DNA of 64,000 bases, from assembly GCA_041671125.1 (NCBI GenBank), contig JBAZCA010000001.1, positions 72,120-136,119 on the forward strand. The letters run 5' to 3'. Below, in pieces: positions 59,912-64,000 of this stretch. Position 1 is the stretch's first letter. Each line of letters begins with the position of its first letter. The DNA is from Patescibacteria group bacterium. Lineage in GTDB: Bacteria > Patescibacteriota > Patescibacteriia > Patescibacteriales > JBAZCA01. The position numbers and the translations under genes were made by a program. Below the pieces are notes generated by a model that had not been told where the DNA came from, searched no databases, and was given only the letters and a program-made list of their open reading frames with translations.

Positions 59912-62900
59912 GGCTCACTTTCCTGAACTCGCAAATTCCGTTAAAGTCGCACCAGCCGCAGGCCATGCCCGGTTTAGGAGCAAAGTTACAGGAGCGAATG
60001 CCGGAAATCAGGCTAAAAGTTATTTCTTTAAACTTTTCAAGATCTTTTTCTTTGGCCTCAAAAGAAACCGCGGTCCCGTTATCAAGGTAATAATAAGCCA
60101 GCTCGGAAACTTTATGGCCAAAAAGGCTTTCCACCGCGATCTTATATAAAATCAGCTGTTTCTTCTCGTCAAAAGTAAGTTTTTCTTTCGGCGAACCGGT
60201 CTTATAATCAAGAATGCGGACTGTCCCGTCCGGAAGGCGGTCCACCCGGTCAATCGCGCCGCGGAACATATACTCTCCGAGCCGGACGGCAAAACTTTTT
60301 TCAAGGTATATCGGTTCGGGCCAACCGTTTTCTTCCAGGCTCTTATAAAACATTTTAAGCGATTCCCGGCCTTTCTTTTTATAACCTTCCCTCTGTTCTT
60401 TACTATCATAGCCATCATCCTCCCAGCGGGTTTCAAAAATTTCCATGAGCCTTTCTTTATCCGGCTTTTTAATTTCTTTTTCCGCTGAACCGAAGAGCCC
60501 CGGCTGGGCAATATCGCCCTTCATGAGCGTAAAAAGGAAATCCCTTAAGATGCCGTGCATCACCCGGCCGTAAGTAAAGACCGGTTTGCCGGGCGTCGGG
60601 ATCTTTAGAATATAGTTAAATTTATATTGCAAAGGGCAGGTTGCGTAGGTCTCAGTCTGGGAAAAAGAAAATTTCTGGGGCAGATAATATTTATCGTTGC
60701 AATCCGGCGCTTTGGAAAAAGAGGCCGCTCCGGCCAGATCCCTTAAAAAATCATTTGTTTCGCCTTTTAGAACCAAGGTCGCCGGCAAAACAGACATATC
60801 TTCCATTCCGGCTTCGGCTAAAAAGCGGGAAATTTTTTTCTTTCTTACCCCGCCGTAATCCTCGGCGCTCGTAAAGAAAAGCTTTTCTTTGGCCCGGGTC
60901 ATGGCAACGTAAAAAAGCCGGCGCTCTTCTTCTAAATGCGCGTCGCTCGTCTCCGGCAATTTCTCCCGCACTAACGCGTCGGGAATAGCGATTTTTTCCG
61001 AACGCCCGACGGTCGGAAATTTCTTATCAACGACATTAACAATGAAAACGTATTTGAATTCTTTTCCTTTGGCCGCGTGGACGGTCATTACTTTTATTGT
61101 GTCCGCGTCGTCGGCTTGCGTGTTTAAGGAGCCGGTCTCGCCTGATTCCATTTCCAGGGCTAGAAGCTCCATGAACGCCCTTAACCGCAAATCCGGATCA
61201 TTATCCTCGTAAAACTTTATCCTTTTATAAAACTGACCGATATGGTTAAAAATTTCCTTGTCGCGGTCAAAATCATAATCCTTAATAAGACCCGATTCGT
61301 TAATGAAATTTAAAAAAATCCGCGAAGGCTTTTCCCGGCGCGATAATTCCGAATGACGCCGAACCATGGCAACGAGCTTTCCGGCGGCCGCGGCCGATTC
61401 CGGGCTGACTTTCGGCACGGCGGTGATATTTAAAATCCCCTCGTACATGGACCAGCCCTTGGCGCGGACAAAATAATTAACGGCGATAATATCGGCGTGG
61501 CTTAAGCGGAAAGCCGGAATATTTAAAACCCGGTAGAGAGCCGATGACTCATGGTAATTGTCCAGCAGTTTAAAATAAGCAATAATATCTAAAATCGCCG
61601 GTTTATAATAAAGCCCTCTTTGCGAAACAAAATCTACCGGAATATCGCGCCGCTTTAATTCGGCGATGAATTTTCCGGCCGTATCGTTAGCGCGGGTTAA
61701 AATCGCGAAGTCCAGCCAGGCCGCGTCTTTATCAGCGTCCTTCAGGCTAACGATTTTTTCCACGACGTTTCGCGTTTCTTCTTCTTCGTTGGCAAAGCGC
61801 AAATGCGCGACTTCGCCTTTTTCTTTTTTTCCGGCTTTTAAATCTTTATTAATTTTCAATTTTACTTCCAGCCGGTTCGGGTCGTTATGCTTAATAAATT
61901 CATACGCCTTATTAAGGATTGCCTGTCCGGAGCGGTAATTCACGCCCAAAACCACTTCGCTGGCTCCCGGAAAATCGTCTTTAAACTGCATGATGTTGGA
62001 TAATGACGCCCCGCGGAATTTATAGATTGACTGGTCATCATCCCCAACAACAACCAGATTTTTTTTCTCTCCGGCCAAAAGTTTTATCATTTCATACTGC
62101 GCCCAGTTGGTATCCTGAAATTCGTCCACCATGATGTATTTGAATTTTTTCCGGTAAAAATCCAGTATGTTAGGACGTTCTTTAAAAAGCTTAAGTGTGT
62201 AATAAATGAGATCGCCGAAATCAAGATAACCATTATCCAGTAATAATTTATTATAAACATGATAGGCGTTGGCGAGCTCCATGATCCTTAAAACCTCCAT
62301 TCCGTCAATTTTATTTTTATCTTCGGTTTTGATTTTGGATTCGGGTTTTGACGTGGATTTATGATTTTTCGTTTGGAAATTGGAAATTTTATTTGTCTTG
62401 CTTCCGGATAGCATAGCGTCGCCATCCTGCTCTAATTCACCCGCGTACGCTAAGTATTCCGCCGGGGTTATATCTTCGTCCTTTAACCGCGAAAAATGCT
62501 TTAAAAGTTCGTGGATGAACTTAGTCGGATTGCCGAGCGGCCGGTAATAATCCAGGTTAAATTCTTTCAGGTTCTTTTTAACCATCACCCAGGCTTCGGT
62601 TTCAGTAATCACTTTAAAATCACCGGGCAGGCCGATGTCTAAAGCGTGTTCGCGCAAAATCCGTCCGCAAAAATCATGAAAGGTTGAAATCCAGCGGTCA
62701 ACATAACCGTAAGGAAGAAGCTTATCCGCCCGCTCGTCCATTTCTTCGGCCGCTTTGCGGGTAAAAGTGATTAAGAGAATTTCCTCCTGCTTTGCCAGAC
62801 CCTTTTCAATTAGAAAAGCCAGCCGGCTTATTAGCGCCGTCGTCTTTCCGGTTCCGGCGCCGGCCACGATTAAAAGCGGCCCGTCCGTATGCGTCGCCGC

Positions 62901-62942
62901 CTTTTTCTGCTCGGGGTTAAGGCTGTCTATATAGTTATTCAT
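59907..62942 (-). CDS. UvrD/PcrA-family helicase fused to a C-terminal PD-(D/E)XK nuclease with a 4-Cys cluster (AddB/Cas4-like)
   Basis: Walker A AGAGTGKT. DEFQDTN. C-terminal CPLQYKF...IDRVDRL...ILDYKTG...CNFAPKPGMACGWCDFNGIC. Confidence 0.88.
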   Translation of the reverse strand: MNNYIDSLNPEQKKAATHTDGPLLIVAGAGTGKTTALISRLAFLIEKGLAKQEEILLITFTRKAAEEMDERADKLLPYGYVDRWISTFHDFCGRILREHALDIGLPGDFKVITETEAWVMVKKNLKEFNLDYYRPLGNPTKFIHELLKHFSRLKDEDITPAEYLAYAGELEQDGDAMLSGSKTNKISNFQTKNHKSTSKPESKIKTEDKNKIDGMEVLRIMELANAYHVYNKLLLDNGYLDFGDLIYYTLKLFKERPNILDFYRKKFKYIMVDEFQDTNWAQYEMIKLLAGEKKNLVVVGDDDQSIYKFRGASLSNIMQFKDDFPGASEVVLGVNYRSGQAILNKAYEFIKHNDPNRLEVKLKINKDLKAGKKEKGEVAHLRFANEEEETRNVVEKIVSLKDADKDAAWLDFAILTRANDTAGKFIAELKRRDIPVDFVSQRGLYYKPAILDIIAYFKLLDNYHESSALYRVLNIPAFRLSHADIIAVNYFVRAKGWSMYEGILNITAVPKVSPESAAAAGKLVAMVRRHSELSRREKPSRIFLNFINESGLIKDYDFDRDKEIFNHIGQFYKRIKFYEDNDPDLRLRAFMELLALEMESGETGSLNTQADDADTIKVMTVHAAKGKEFKYVFIVNVVDKKFPTVGRSEKIAIPDALVREKLPETSDAHLEEERRLFYVAMTRAKEKLFFTSAEDYGGVRKKKISRFLAEAGMEDMSVLPATLVLKGETNDFLRDLAGAASFSKAPDCNDKYYLPQKFSFSQTETYATCPLQYKFNYILKIPTPGKPVFTYGRVMHGILRDFLFTLMKGDIAQPGLFGSAEKEIKKPDKERLMEIFETRWEDDGYDSKEQREGYKKKGRESLKMFYKSLEENGWPEPIYLEKSFAVRLGEYMFRGAIDRVDRLPDGTVRILDYKTGSPKEKLTFDEKKQLILYKIAVESLFGHKVSELAYYYLDNGTAVSFEAKEKDLEKFKEITFSLISGIRSCNFAPKPGMACGWCDFNGICEFRKVSR

Positions 62943-63088
62943 GAAAAAACAAATACGAAACTTAAAGAAAATTTAAATTTTCAATTTACAAACAATTTCT
63001 AATTTAGAAATGACTCAATTTTCTAAAATTTTAAAATTGTAAATTGATAATTAAAAATTAATTTTCTTCGCTCCGGCAAAATCTAAGA

Positions 63089-64000
63089 TCATAATTTTAA
63101 CAGCTTTTCAAATTTCTTCTCATCCTTATACGGTCCGATAACCGCGAGATTAAGGCTTTGAGTTTTAAAAATCTCCTTTGCCAGATCCTGGATTTCTCCG
63201 GCTCGCGTCTTATCCACCTGGCGAAAGAATTCTTTCGGGGTCAGTATTTCTTTTTTATAATCCGGAGCGCCGCCTAAGGCTTCGGCTTTTTCCAGGGCTA
63301 AAACCGCCTGCCGGCCGTACCAGGAAGCAATAGAATCGGATGATTCAAGCTGGATAGCCATCCGGCCTTTTATGAGATCCTTAATCCTTTTTAATTCAGC
63401 CGGTCTAACGGATTCCCGGACGATTTTTTTAAATTCCCGGAGTATTATTTCAATTGATTCCTCAACTTTTTCCACCCTAAGTCCGGCCTGGGCGGCGAAA
63501 TAGCCGGTGTCGCTATAAAATTCGCTTTGGGCTCGGACGTAATAAGCGAGGCCGCGGCGTTCGCGGAGTTCAGTAAAAAGCCGGGAGCCCATGGAGCCGC
63601 CTAAAATCACGCCTAAAAGTTTTTCCGCCATCTCGGTTTTCGCCCCGTAAGGAAAAGACCGGACGCCGAGCATGAGATGAGCCTGGTCGGTTTTTTTAAA
63701 ACTCACTTTTACCCGGGGAGATTTTTGCTCTTCCCGAACCGCGGCTTTTTTCAGCCTTTGCGCTTTAGCCAGACCGGAAAAATATTTTTCCAGAAGTTTA
63801 TGAATTTTTTTTTCGTCAATATTTCCGGCCGCGGCGATTACAATATTCCCGGCTCCGTATTGCGAAGAAACATAACTTAAAAAATCATCACGCCGGAGGC
63901 CAGTAATGCTTTTCTTCGTCCCGATAATTTCCCAGCCGGCCGGGGTGTCGCCGTAAAGGCATTCCTCAAAAACATCGTCAATATGCATGATCGGATTATC
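63089..64000 (-). CDS. M16-family (pitrilysin-like) peptidase, C-terminal part; N-terminus lies beyond the window
   Basis: The frame stays open to position 64000. M16 C-domain-like SRLFTELRERRGLAYYV. Confidence 0.7.
   Translation of the reverse strand, partial: DNPIMHIDDVFEECLYGDTPAGWEIIGTKKSITGLRRDDFLSYVSSQYGAGNIVIAAAGNIDEKKIHKLLEKYFSGLAKAQRLKKAAVREEQKSPRVKVSFKKTDQAHLMLGVRSFPYGAKTEMAEKLLGVILGGSMGSRLFTELRERRGLAYYVRAQSEFYSDTGYFAAQAGLRVEKVEESIEIILREFKKIVRESVRPAELKRIKDLIKGRMAIQLESSDSIASWYGRQAVLALEKAEALGGAPDYKKEILTPKEFFRQVDKTRAGEIQDLAKEIFKTQSLNLAVIGPYKDEKKFEKLLKL

Overview
This 64-kb window reads like a streamlined, CPR/Patescibacteria-type bacterial chromosome. That assignment is inferred from gene content and style only. 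The backbone is small housekeeping genes: rplJ-rplL, mreB, a DUF4012-like gene, fpg, rel/spoT, rpsU, hisS, lepB, an LCP gene, der, pth, dprA, topA, pheS-pheT, a UvrD-type helicase-nuclease, an M16 peptidase and a MacAB-like ABC efflux operon. There are three tRNAs: Arg-CCG, Tyr-GUA and Thr-GGU. Spacers are extremely AT-rich, and most core genes have no Shine-Dalgarno (SD) sequence.

Several accessory layers sit on this backbone:
1. A small but complete-looking integron at 18.1-21.7 kb. It has an intI-like recombinase, a GTTAGGC attI core, and 3 to 4 cassettes bounded by attC-like palindromes. The first 6 nt of each cassette complement that cassette's own downstream R'' box.
2. A REP/RAYT system at 51.1-59.9 kb. 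A Y1 (HUH) transposase gene sits among at least 6 GTAGAGACGC hairpins. Two hairpins lie in-frame inside CDSs, one of them the RAYT gene itself. Two others supply the TAG stop codons of topA and the helicase.
3. An orphan ~205-nt structured RNA with an exact TTGACA-17-TATAAT promoter and an intrinsic terminator (47.44-47.68 kb).
4. A GC-richer four-gene envelope cluster with strong SD sequences (0.7-5.2 kb), probably foreign.
5. An AT-rich island next to tRNA-Thr carrying decayed defence genes: a split AlbA_2/HATPase_c_4 gene and an hsdM remnant.
6. A 549-aa internal-repeat protein with a sigma70-region-2-like tail, flanked by a duplicated NUDIX 3' end.
7. An (AG)10 tract in the 5' end of a 974-aa beta-helix surface protein gene.
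8. A pervasive architecture in which nearly every spacer carries its own AT-rich hairpin built from tandem 6-8-nt words.

No CRISPR array or rRNA gene was seen. All calls come from reading the sequence and the ORF track. No searches were run.
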